A stretch of 64,000 nt of DNA from Tubulanus polymorphus (taxonomy: Eukaryota > Animalia > Nemertea). A program made the position numbers and the translations under genes. The notes under the pieces were generated by a model. The model searched no databases. It was not told the DNA's origin and saw only the letters and a list, made by a program, of their open reading frames with translations. Location: NCBI RefSeq assembly GCF_964204645.1, contig NC_134026.1:30290150-30354149 (forward strand), in the 5' to 3' direction. How positions within the stretch are numbered: the first letter of the stretch is position 1; each line of letters starts with the position of its first letter. Positions 51,205 through 64,000 of the stretch are shown one piece after another.

Positions 51205-53392
51205 TCATTGAGTAGAATTCTCTAAATTCGATATAAGCATCTCTAAATCAGTGAAAGTAGTTTGCGTGTGCGAATCGGTTAAAGATTCGGTCAGATCTAA
51301 ATGATGAGGATGAAACATTGTTTGAGTTTGAATCGTTGTTGATTGAACAGGAGTTTGTATTCGAGGAGGAACAGGAGTTTGTATTCGAGGAGGAACAGCA
51401 GTTTGCATTCGAGGAGGAACAGGAGTTTGAGTTTGTCTCGACGACGAAAAAGTTGAGAAATCGACGTTATTAGCTAAACACGTTTGAGTATAAGTATTAA
51501 TACACGGGAATCCGGGAAACGGATCCGAGTCGTTTGTTTGCGTTTCCATGTGACTCAGAATCTGATCGAACATACTATCTATAGTTTGAGTCTGCGTGTG
51601 AATAGACGAATTATCGGTGGAAGTTTGTTGATGATTCGTGTTCCACGTGGAAACCCAGTCGTTATTCCACCCGTCGGTGGATTGTTCTAACGCCGCGAAC
51701 ATACAAGTACCGATACCGATATCTGAATAAGAGCACGACGCCGGCGGGGTAGGCGATGTAAGGGTATGTATCCCGGGTAACGGAGTCTGCGTTTCGATCG
51801 TTTCGAAATTCGTCGCTGTTTCGTCGTTCATCGCAAAGAAACTTCTCGGAGTTTGCGTCGCGATCGTTTGAGCGAGTTCTTCTAAAAGCGCCATCGTCGT
51901 TTGAGTTTCTGAATTCATGAAGTCATCGTCGACGCAGTAAGTTTGAGTCGCCGGTCGAGTCTCTATAATCGCGGCTGGTAATGTATCTACGTAACGAGTC
52001 GTAGATTTATGTTTCGATTTCTTCGTACGACGAGTTTTGACCTCCTCAGTTTTCTGAACCGCTTTATCCGATCTACGACAGCGACTGACCGGAGTTTGTG
52101 TATGAATACTGCGGTATTCTATATCAGTTTGAACTGAGATATTACTGAATCCTGTAACAGGTTTTTTAAGTAAACGTCTATATTTTCTTCCACTGCAATC
52201 AATTCCTATTTGATTAAACGATTCTGCTCGATGTCGTTCAGTTGAACTGTAGCTCTTAGTCTTATCATCTTTTAACGAACTGGAATTAAAATCAGAAATC
52301 ATCCATGTTTATAATCAAACTCGTTTAAGAAGATAAATTGTCTCAACATTTCCGAAATTATCTCTATTTCTAGTCCCAATTTTGATTTCCAATTCAATTT
52401 ACTACTAGTAAGTCATCATTTGTATGAGTGATCAAGATAATGATCATAACACCTCGAGTGAGTTTCAGTTTACAACTTACCACACATCACTTGGTAAACT
52501 ATGATTCTTAGAAACGCAATGATTCCTCAGTGCGTTTATAGTTGTATAAGGAGTGTTACAATCAGTGCAGTAGTAAATCTTGCCACAAGTCGCCTGATGA
52601 CTCTTCAATGAAACCAACAGCCCGTAGCTTTTACCGCATTCACAAATAAATTTCTTTTCAGCGTGCACCTTCATATAATGCTGAAACGTATGAAAAGCAT
52701 GAATCTATCCATTAAAATTTAGATATCTACTTGGCTAATGATGGTTGCTTATTTGCATCTGAAAGACATTGATTAGGAGGACAGCGTATTTCACACTCCC
52801 TGGTTGTTATAGAGAAGTGGATGAATTCCCCTTCCAACATGTTATAACATAGTTAGTTACCTAATCGCTGGTGGTAAGCTTTTTATTATCGGATGGGCTT
52901 GTGAAAGTATCCGATCGTGAAACTAAACCACAGACAGGTTACTGACTAGTTATAACACAAACAAATTTCTATTCGACCTGGTTTTGTAATATCTAATATC
53001 TACCTGTTTCACATATTTGAATTTCTTGAAGTGATGAGTCGAGTGAAACTTGCAATTTGTTTCCGGACAAAAGAATTTCTCATCACACGTCGATGATTTG
53101 TGATGTTTCTGGCGATGGTAGAGAGCGGCGTCATCCTCATTCTTTTTATCACGAAAACATAAATGATCCAATTATCGAAATGAAGACAAGAATTCAAAAA
53201 ATGTTTAAGTCAATATCGATCATTGTTTACCTCGAGTAATTTATGGACTTTGATTCGATGTAATCTCATTGCTGATGCTTGCGTGAATATCTTACCACAA
53301 CCCGCTGCTGGACATTTCACGTCTTGTACTTTGAGAAGTTCGTCAATTTTGGGACGAACTTCACTAGTGAATGGCGGCAGAGCAGAATTCAT
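51205..53392 (-). CDS. ATMIN: ATM interactor (ASCIZ): C2H2 zinc fingers plus a TQT-rich LC8-binding tail; 4 exons
   Basis: Exons 53392-53231, 53141-53004, 52680-52481 and 52279-51205. Motifs CPAAGCGK..H..KVH and VKQHYMKVHAEKKFIC; about 10 TQT plus several xQT motifs in the last exon. Confidence 0.92.
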
Positions 53393-54335
53393 TTTTTCTG
53401 TATAGCCTGTAGCTGTATACTTATAGGCCAGAGAAGCAGAGATCCCACACACACACAACACACACAACACAACACAGCACAGGTTGCTTGTGTGACCAAC
53501 ACGTTACACACGATGGCATCGAGCCTGGCACTTGTATCTTATTTTCTATTTCATTTTTTGCAAATATAAGTAAAACTCAAGCCCGTTTAGTAGCCGTTTA
53601 AGTGGAAACAAGATGTAATGAGTGAATAAATTGGATTTGAATTTGTGTGGAGCTAGCCGGTGGAGTCTAAAATCCGGATCCAACGTTTATCCTCTGATAT
53701 TGAACCTCGGATTCGGCAACGGAAGCATGGATCGGACTTCCTTCGCTGCTAAATAATGCACGGTCACCTAGCGAGGTTTCTGTGAACTAATTGCGGTCCA
53801 GCACCGAGCAAAATTCGTAAACTTCATACTGTACATTTTTCTAACGTTAGATAGGAGATAATCGGAATTGTCAAGGAATTCGAAAAAAGATATTAGTCCC
53901 CACATTCAGTGAATCAGCAGGAGAATCAGACACAACGAGTTTTGGCACTCTGGCTCCGAATCTCAACGCTTCACCGCTTTGGAGGGGGCGATGTAAATTT
54001 CAACTCAGTTTGAAACGCATGCCGATATAGCTACGATCCTAATACATCCACTTTTCGGGGATCTAATAAGATCTTTATCGCTTTTTATTGCTACTAAAAC
54101 AACAGAATTGCTTTATGATGACAGCTATCGGCCGGGAGATCCTAGAGTCAGCAGCCATTATATATCGAGTCATTTTAAATTGCGCGGGGTGTGACAAGTT
54201 GACCAAGTCAGCCAATCCTGATTCTATTCAAGCCACAAATTACGCGGACACGAAAAGGATTAAGGCCTAAATCGATAAGATAAACTGAATCAATGAAGAA
54301 ATTACCCGTCGGGTGTCAGGTAGTACAATGTGTTT

Positions 54336-54769
54336 GGGAGCGTTCACAAATTACGTACCTCAAAATCTCCCATTTTTCTGACCCCCTCCCCCCTTTGTAC
54401 CAAATTCACTGACCCCTCTTAGGTACGTACCATCGCGCCCATGACCACCCCCCCCCCCAATTAAATTGATGCAAAGAACACAAATAAAAAAAAATATACT
54501 ATACCTGATTTCATTTATGATGTAACAAAAGAATTAAAGCAAGTACTGTTGTTTATTGATTTTATATACCCGGTACTAAAAGCCGATAAAACATCAACGG
54601 CTATTTTCATTTGAGTTTGGTACATAAAGTACGTACCAAGATTGATTAATACCCCCCTCCCTCAAAGTACGTACCTTTTTTGCTGACCCCCCTCCCCCCA
54701 TGTACCACTTTGTACCAAAATTCAGTAACCCCCCTCCCCAATGGAGGTACGTAATTTATGAACGCTCCC
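54336..54769. mobile_element. PIF/Harbinger-type MITE
   Basis: TIRs gggagcgttcacaaattacgtacctc / gaggtacgtaatttatgaacgctccc with a 3-bp TTT target duplication. Confidence 0.85.
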
Positions 54770-55265
54770 TTTCCAGGGTTGGATGTGGGCATCTCTTTAT
54801 ATGGATGGGGTTCTAACTTCACGAAAATAGATATTTTCGCACGTATGAGCCCATCCGGTGATGACTGATACGGAGGAAATAAGCCCGTGCCCGGTACAGG
54901 ACGGGGGCTCATTTCTTAGTATCAGTCAGTGAGCTACTTAAAAAAATTGACAATGTCTTCAAAAACGTCTTCAGCATAAATTAGCAACATTTTTCGCGCC
55001 TGTAAAAACGCGCGCATCGCATCGGTTTGCGGGTAACGGGGATTTATCATTCGGTGCGTCGCGAGACACCTGAATCCGCGCCCGACTCCGACTCGTGATC
55101 AAGTATGGGCTTCTCACCAACCAATAACAACAGTAAATCCATTTATAACGATATTAAATAAGGTTTTACATCAATTTTCATTTATTATCAGAGATAAAAG
55201 TTTTACTTTTTTATTCGTTATAAATTTAGGCACTGATTGATGTTAATTCAATATTTTTGGCAGCT

Positions 55266-56908
<1,643 letters not shown>

Positions 56909-56984
56909 TTTGACTGTTAGTTTAGATTTTACAAACGACTGCTCGTGCAATTTCAAAATTTCTGCAATCCTAACCGTCGATTAC

Positions 56985-57240
56985 AGCGGTATTTATAGCA
57001 ACCAGCGAACAATGATCACCGCGTCTCTATAGCTACAATATACGTTCATCCCATATTTGGCTGCGCGGCAAATAAAACGGGGCATTCGGGGAGTGGCCGG
57101 GCGAGACTCACTTGCCGCGTATTGTCAATCACGCGCGACGAACACGTGGCGATCGGGGTCCGGCACCACTCAGGCGTGACCAGTGCGCGCGTCCGTTTTG
57201 GGCTCCGAATGTAAACAAACGCACGTGCGAATCACCTTGC
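56985..57240. promoter_or_regulatory. CpG-rich promoter between head-to-head beta-tubulin and TMEM120
   Basis: Minus-strand TATAAATA at ~56996, CArG box CCATATTTGG at 57051-57060, two CACGTG E-boxes, forkhead-like TGTAAACA at ~57210. Confidence 0.55.
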
Positions 57241-57560
57241 TCAACGACCTTGGGATGTCCCGACCTTTTATCCTGTATATCTTCCCACATGTTTAATATG
57301 TTTTATAATTTGTCATCATTTATCCATTTCCTTGTCTTGTTTAGCTTTGTTGACGTATCACTAAAATGTTTTATTTTAAAATTTATTAGTGTCAATAAAG
57401 TATTTTGAATTGAACAACTTGAATTGTCCAATCTCGGTGACGAAGTATTAGGTACAAAGCTCGAGGTCGTTGCGTCAAATAAATTTCAATCTCAATTCAT
57501 TTATTTTATCAATCGGGAGGAACTGACAAGTAGACGTCAAATAACTGCAGCTCTGTTAAA

Positions 57561-59796
57561 ATGGATTCAAATGGACCATTGACATATTTAGAAGAATGGA
57601 GAGAATTAGACAAAGAATTCATTCAGTTGGAGGTAATTTGTAGACAATTTTTGATCGGTTTCTAAATCTTGGACTTTTTTTTAGTATTTTTCATCGGTGA
57701 AAAACTCAGTAACTCGACCTTAACTGTGGTCAGTCATAAATATTCTATGATGATAGGTTTTTCTTGATTAAAATGTTTTTTAGGAAGAGCATAAATCTTA
57801 TACGAAACAGATAGTAGAAGTGAGAAAACTACAGAAGAAAGTGATGTCTGGAATTGCTCATCAGCGATATCGCCTGAAACAAATAACTGACTCATTTAAA
57901 GGGTATTTGTTGCAGTATTGTTAGTAAGAGTTCCAAATAGGCCTAATAAAGATGCCGAAGTATTAACGAATTGTTTGTATTTGAATTTTTAGCAAAGATG
58001 AAGGAATGTCGGCTGAAATGAAGGTTAAAATAGAAGAAGCCGAAGCTTGCATCACTAATAGAAAACTACAGTTTCATGAAATGGAAGAAAATCTGCCGCA
58101 TAAAAATGGGTCAGTTATTAAATGTAAAACTTAGCCCTATAAATACAAACTTGATTTAAAATTGTTTGAGATGTTTTCTGATATTTAAAGTAGTTACTGT
58201 TGTATATTTTCAGATTATATCTGCGTATAATTTTGGGATCAGTAAACGTATCGTTATTGAGTAAAGAAGAAAGATATGCTTACAAACAGAACTATGAACA
58301 GTTTAAACTCGTAGTGACAGTCATCACGATGATCTTCTCATTTTGTTTGCTGTTTTTTATTCATAATTCCAGGTGAGTTTATTTGTTTTTGATGGTTGTT
58401 TCAATACAGTGAATAGATGGTCTAAGCGAACACAACACATCCTTCAAATGTCTGTTTACATGAAATCACTAATACTAATTTATATTATTAAGATGATATT
58501 GAATTGTGTGATGTTTATACTATTGTAGATGGCTCGATGCTGGTCTTCACTTTCTACTAGTTTGGTATTATTGCACTATGACAATTAGAGAACACATTCT
58601 TATTGTAAATGGATCCAGGTATCTTGATATATTCAGTCACCGCTTTTTTTAGTCCTAATTTGCTTATTTGCAATTCATTTGATCATGTGTAAGTCATATT
58701 TTCCCAACTTTGACGACTTATTCCAGTTTCATTTCTTTACGGATTATCAATTGAGTAAATGTTTATTTCAGAATAAAAGGTTGGTGGGTGACGCATCACT
58801 TTATTTCGACAGTTTGCGCCGGTTTGATGTTGATTTGGCCCTACGGCGAAACCTATCAACTATTTCGTAAACAGTTCATGTTGTTCACATTTTGTTTGAG
58901 TATTGTACAAATAATACAAGTTTATTATCAGAAGGGTTTGTTGTATAAACTGCGATCACTCGGTGAAAGACACACCATGGATATCACAGTCGGTAAGTAA
59001 CTCATTTACAGCAACAAGCTCCGTTACTGAATTCACTACTTCTATAGCCTATGATTGTCTCTTTTTTTAGAAGGCTTCCAGTCTTGGATGTGGAAAGGGC
59101 TTTCATTTGTTTTGCCATTTCTGATTTTCGCATACGTAAGTACAATAGGATATTCGTACATTAGACTCTGCCTATTCTGTCAGTGTCCAAGTCAGTGAAT
59201 TTCACTTAGAAACCTATTTTCCTGATTCTGAACTCGGTGACATATTTAGCAGTCCCAACACTACAGAATAAGGCAAAGTTAACTGCAGTAAATATTTCTC
59301 AGTTGTGGGTTCATCATTTTATTCACTATTATTATTGTAGATGTTCCAGATTTACAATGCTTACACATTGTTCCAGTTGTGGTTCCATCCTCGATGCAAA
59401 GAATGGCAGGTAAAAATTTTCAAATGTACTCAACAGTCATTTGAAAATCTAAGTCTCCTTTTAGAGAAATAAGTAGGCTATCATATTTACATATCTGATA
59501 TCTCATTGAAATGTCTGGGACGTTGGGGTCAGGTGGTTTGGTTACTCGCTGATAGTTTGATATTTCCAGTGTTCTGAACTCAATTCACTCGAGATAAAGT
59601 CAAGTTGTTCTCACGTTTTTGTTTTCAGGTTCCGTTTATTGCTGCGATATTTTTCATTCTATTCCTCGGTAATTCGTTGACAACATCTGCAGTAATTCGT
59701 GATAAACTTAGGAAAGATGGCTTCCTAAATTTCAAACTCCTTCATAAATACCGATTTAATAATTGGAATAAACTGTCTGGCACTAAAGTCCTGTAG
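57561..59796 (+). CDS. TMEM120: TMEM120 (TACAN family), about 9 exons
   Basis: N-terminal coiled coil, then [93 protein letters not shown]. Confidence 0.95.
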
Positions 59797-61421
59797 TTTC
59801 CCTGTTTGAATTGCACTGAATCTTGAACACATTTTTTTGCGAGTGTTTGTTTTAAACAGTATTGTTTCTTATGAAAAAAGCTCCTTGTTTATATAACTGA
59901 GCATTTATCAACCCATATGTACTTAAGTTGTGTATATAATCAATTTTCAAAGATGTAAAAATTCTTAATTGCATTGTTTCAAATTCATTGTAAATGTTTT
60001 ATTTGTTGAGACCAAAATAAATGGTTTTCTTAAAAATAATGAATTGTCATTCTTTTTCGGTCCAGTCAAATTCAGCGGAAGAACAACTATTGCAGAAATG
60101 GATTGTTTATCATCATATTCAGATTTATCTCTTGGGGTTGAAAAGTTGAACAGACAAAAGATATGGAATCAAACAGGTGGCTCCACATGTTGATCCTTCT
60201 GGATTCTCGAATCTCTCTGATCTTTCTCATTATTTGATATGCCTCATAATAAACCAAATAGCCATGAATTTTTGGCATCAGTGATATTTTTATTGTAATC
60301 TAGGACTGTCACTGTGTTTACATGGACGGATATCTAACACAGTAACACAAACAGAAAAAATACTTCACTATTCCTTTATGAATTCGAATCGCTATCTAAA
60401 CACATTCAGTAGTCGAAATTAAATCATGATTGAATTAAATACGGGTCAATCATTGAAGTGAGACACAGAAAATTAATATTTATAAACTACAGTAGATCAT
60501 ACAATCATACAAGGCTATTTACATCTAGTTTGAGTATGAATCCACATTACACTAATACGAGTTAAGATGTGCGGAAACTATACGAAATAATAAATGCAAA
60601 TACTGAATGTAAAAAGAAAGTATCGAAAAATAAAGTCTACAAAATGAGTTCCTACTTCCACCAGCCAACATTAGTGCTATATTTCTGATTATAATATGTT
60701 AGAAAATATCTATCAAAGTCAGAAGAAGATTAATAACATATCGACGACAGGCTGATCAGACTACGGATGAATCATTGGAATCAGTCCTGAAAATATCACA
60801 AATGGAATAAGTGAATACTATGAAATAACTGAATAGTATGAACCCCATTGAAACTTCTGTAAAACAAACCTTTCATTTTGAGGTTGTTGAACGGGGAAAT
60901 CAATACTAGGACTGACGCTGTACGTTGTTCTATTAATCCTATGAGCAGCAGACGCAGTAGATGCCGACTCTTCACTAGTTGTCTCTTGGGAAGATGCACG
61001 AAATTTCGACGGACTTTGCAGAAATTCCAGTGACTTTTCAACTACAGGAATAAAGAGAAAAAATTATCAAATTTCGTCTTAACAAATAATTTTAGTTTAA
61101 TTGTATGATAGCGTTGTATTATACTAACTGGCGTCCATAGTTTCTGACGATGTCAAAGATCCAAACAACGAATCTAAATGTGAGTTATGTGAACTTTTCC
61201 TAGAAAATAAATTTAACAACATCTTTTTATGATAACATTTTGAAATAGCGATAGGCTTACTACAGTAGACTAGAGTTTGCCTCGGATCTTGCGACACAGA
61301 TATATTTTGTGAGACAGCAAGTAAATTCCAGGCGAGATGAGAATTGAAGTAAGAATGTTTTGTCTGAGGCAATATTGGCTCCGTCGTAAGCGCGGTCTAC
61401 TGAAAAACGGATTATTGAAAA

Positions 61422-62615
61422 TTACCGTAAAATATTCTCTTCGGTTTGAGAATCATCAAGATCAGGGAGAGGAAACTGTTCTAACGACAAATCAGCTGAT
61501 AATTCATCACCTGTAAGAGAGATATTACAACCTACTGGATCTATACACAGTAAAACTCGTGTAACCTGACTCGAGTGCCCACAGAAGTCTCAATTGGTGT
61601 TTCTAATTCAATCTACTTAATGTAAGTCGTGATCTGAATAAGTCGCCAACAAAATGATCAACTATGACACATTCAATGAGTTGGCCTGTAACACACTTGA
61701 TTCAATTCAACATTTCTATCGACTAATTTTGTTAAGTTTAAATCAGTTCTTTTCTAATGTTTTAACACTATGAGTCAAATTAGATGTGAACTGATGAACT
61801 AGGTTTCAAATTATACTAACATGCTGCTGCTGATGCTGAAGAAGAAGTTCCCAGTGCGTCGGATAGTAATGTAGAAGAGATTCGATCTGTGAATAGATTC
61901 ACCGGTATTTGATCCTGATTTGCCGTTAATTGATGAATTCTGCGTTCCGATGTCTCGCCGGTGTCTCTCTCGACCTCGGATGTCGTCGTTGACATCACGT
62001 TCAAGCGATCGGTGAAACGATCGAGGTTTTCGTCCGTCGATAACGAGCCGAATACATCAACTTTTCGCTGCTGAGCGACTACAGAAAATAGATTCAACTT
62101 CAAACTAGGCAAATATGTAGAAACACATATCAGGGTGGTTACTACGTCTACCCCACCCCCGCCCCCTCTACAAATTCTGATTTGTCCATGTTATCACAGA
62201 AAATCAGAAAGGTTTAAAATGTTACAATTTATTCATTTTCTTATGAATCAGTAGACCCCAATTAGCAAATATTGTGGCCATAGATGAATTCCAGGTTTTC
62301 CCTGATTTGTCTAGATTTTCCAGGTCAGTGGCCACCCTGAGTATATAGAACACCAACAATAATGAATATTAATTATTCAATATTAAACAGAAACATTCTA
62401 ATAGATTTTCATTGTTAAATCTGAGTTTTGGTGAAGCGTTTTCTTACTTGCACTAAGTGATTTATCAGCTGGTAATGAATGACGTGATGGACTTGTCAGT
62501 GGTAATCCACCATTAACTACCATATCAACAGCATCATCCATTGCTGCAACTACTAACTTAGCACTTTTAGTATCTAACTGTAATAACTCAGCTATAGCTA
62601 AGACATTGACATCTT

Positions 62616-62648
<33 letters not shown>

Positions 62649-64000
62649 TAGCACCACTAGACCCAACTCTATCATCATTACTATAATGAAATAATAAATA
62701 CACTCTCAATAACTACTACTAATGTACCACAATAACTACTAATGTACCAAGATATTTGCATGGTTTTTTCACTGATCCTTGACCAAAAGTTCTCTGATTA
62801 AATTATAAGATATCCACATTGAGGCTATTTGTGATCCAGTGGTTCCTTGTGCCACTCAACACCAGCAAGTACAACAAGACACTTAAAATTCAAATTCCCG
62901 TGACTTCTCCCAGATTTTCAAGAAAAGTGTCAGAATTCTTTGATTTTCCCATATCTGTAAGAACCCTGAAATACCTTAGATACCTTACTAATATTAGCCT
63001 ACATTATTCTACTATACGAACCTTGACGCAACTGTAGCCATAGCGCCTTCTAAACTATCAACTTCATGATCATGGCTAGCGCAATTCTTTTCAACATCAT
63101 TATCACCAGACCTGTTGAAATAAAATTCCCTCCGATTACATCCAGTAGATTACATTGGTCAATCAGACCCAGTAAAACTCTGTTCAACACTTACATCGTT
63201 TCCTCATCGATATCATTCTCATCGTTGCTGTTATGAGCTTCAAATGTTTCAACTTCTTCGTGAGATTCATCAAGATGCTCCATACTCATATCCTGTATAC
63301 AGTATGGATTTATATTTACTGAATGCAGGTGATTTAAAACCGTCGGTTTTTTGGTAAAACTTACGGCCAATGATTCTGAACTTGTGCTGCCATCTTCATG
63401 ACTCGTATCATCAAGAAGCATTTCCTGTAATTCGAGCCCCTCTGAACATTGAGTGACTTGCGGTCGAATTGGTTTCGGTTGAAGAACTGAATGTTGTTGT
63501 GGCCCGTCTGTGCTATGTGCAGGATCTATTAACGGTATATGACTGTTGTTATCTGTGAATGAGAATAAATACATTTTTACTGCGTATATTCAACTCTACA
63601 AATGATTTAGAGTAAACTTCACTTTCTGACAAACTGGCACCAGACCGAATCAAGGATCAAAAGGATAAAACAGCAAAGTGCGAATCAAGGATCGAAAAAA
63701 TAAAACAGGAAATCAGAAAATGGTATATTATTTTTTCTAGGTAAATGTGATTTAGATAGTGAGATTTACTGTATGATATTTACCGGGTGAAGCCGCCTTC
63801 TTCGGCTGATGACGAGATAGTTCATAAGCTAACCTCTGAAATAACAATCCATGAATCGAGAGAGCCGTGATGGTTCAATATTCATGAAGATTATCAAAGA
63901 ATATTTCGCTATCAAATGTACTCACTGACCTCTTTAAGATCATTGACTTGAACGATATAATGAGACTGGGTCGACTCCAACTGATTGATATACCTGTTTG
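61422..64000 (-). CDS. 3' part of an unidentified multi-exon gene with an acidic/Ser-rich disordered C-terminus and a poly-Ala tract
   Basis: Seven exons (~63993-63930, 63835-63784, 63553-63195, 63110-63022, 62680-62448, 62079-61821, 61509-61422) have mutually compatible GT-AG phases and no internal stops. No family recognised. Confidence 0.7.

Noticed and set aside
54845-54912. C/D-box snoRNA (terminal stem atgagccc/gggctcat with TGATGA)
   Set aside because: There is no CTGA D box next to the 3' stem, and the site is not intronic.
60796-61372. Further coding exons of the last minus-strand gene
   Set aside because: Phases could not be chained without stops; more likely 3' UTR or a short alternative ending.

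Overview
AT-rich animal genomic DNA with short GT-AG introns. The AKH-type precursor suggests a protostome, possibly a spiralian; this is inference. Two gene-dense blocks of conserved genes are present. The left block has the acetyl-CoA synthetase 3' end, an intronless Mos kinase and SapA-GILT. The right block has TMEM134, an SLC35E4-like transporter, a Shaw-like Kv subunit, an AKH-like neuropeptide precursor, ATMIN, beta-tubulin, TMEM120 and the 3' end of an unidentified gene. Between them lies a ~29-kb accessory block (~10.2-39.5 kb) bounded by direct copies of one tRNA-like repeat. It holds (i) an apparently intact orphan gene with a CCAAT/CRE/TATA promoter encoding a basic, disordered ~322-aa protein, (ii) a long diverged fold-back whose left arm becomes continuous only if a 2.26-kb GT-AG intron is removed (candidate splicing-dependent hairpin RNA), (iii) concentrically nested satellites (59/153-267/159/153-267/59 bp) plus 199-, 62-, 71- and 70-bp arrays, and (iv) a decaying tandem exon array. 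Gene models and counts were made by hand; no database search was run.
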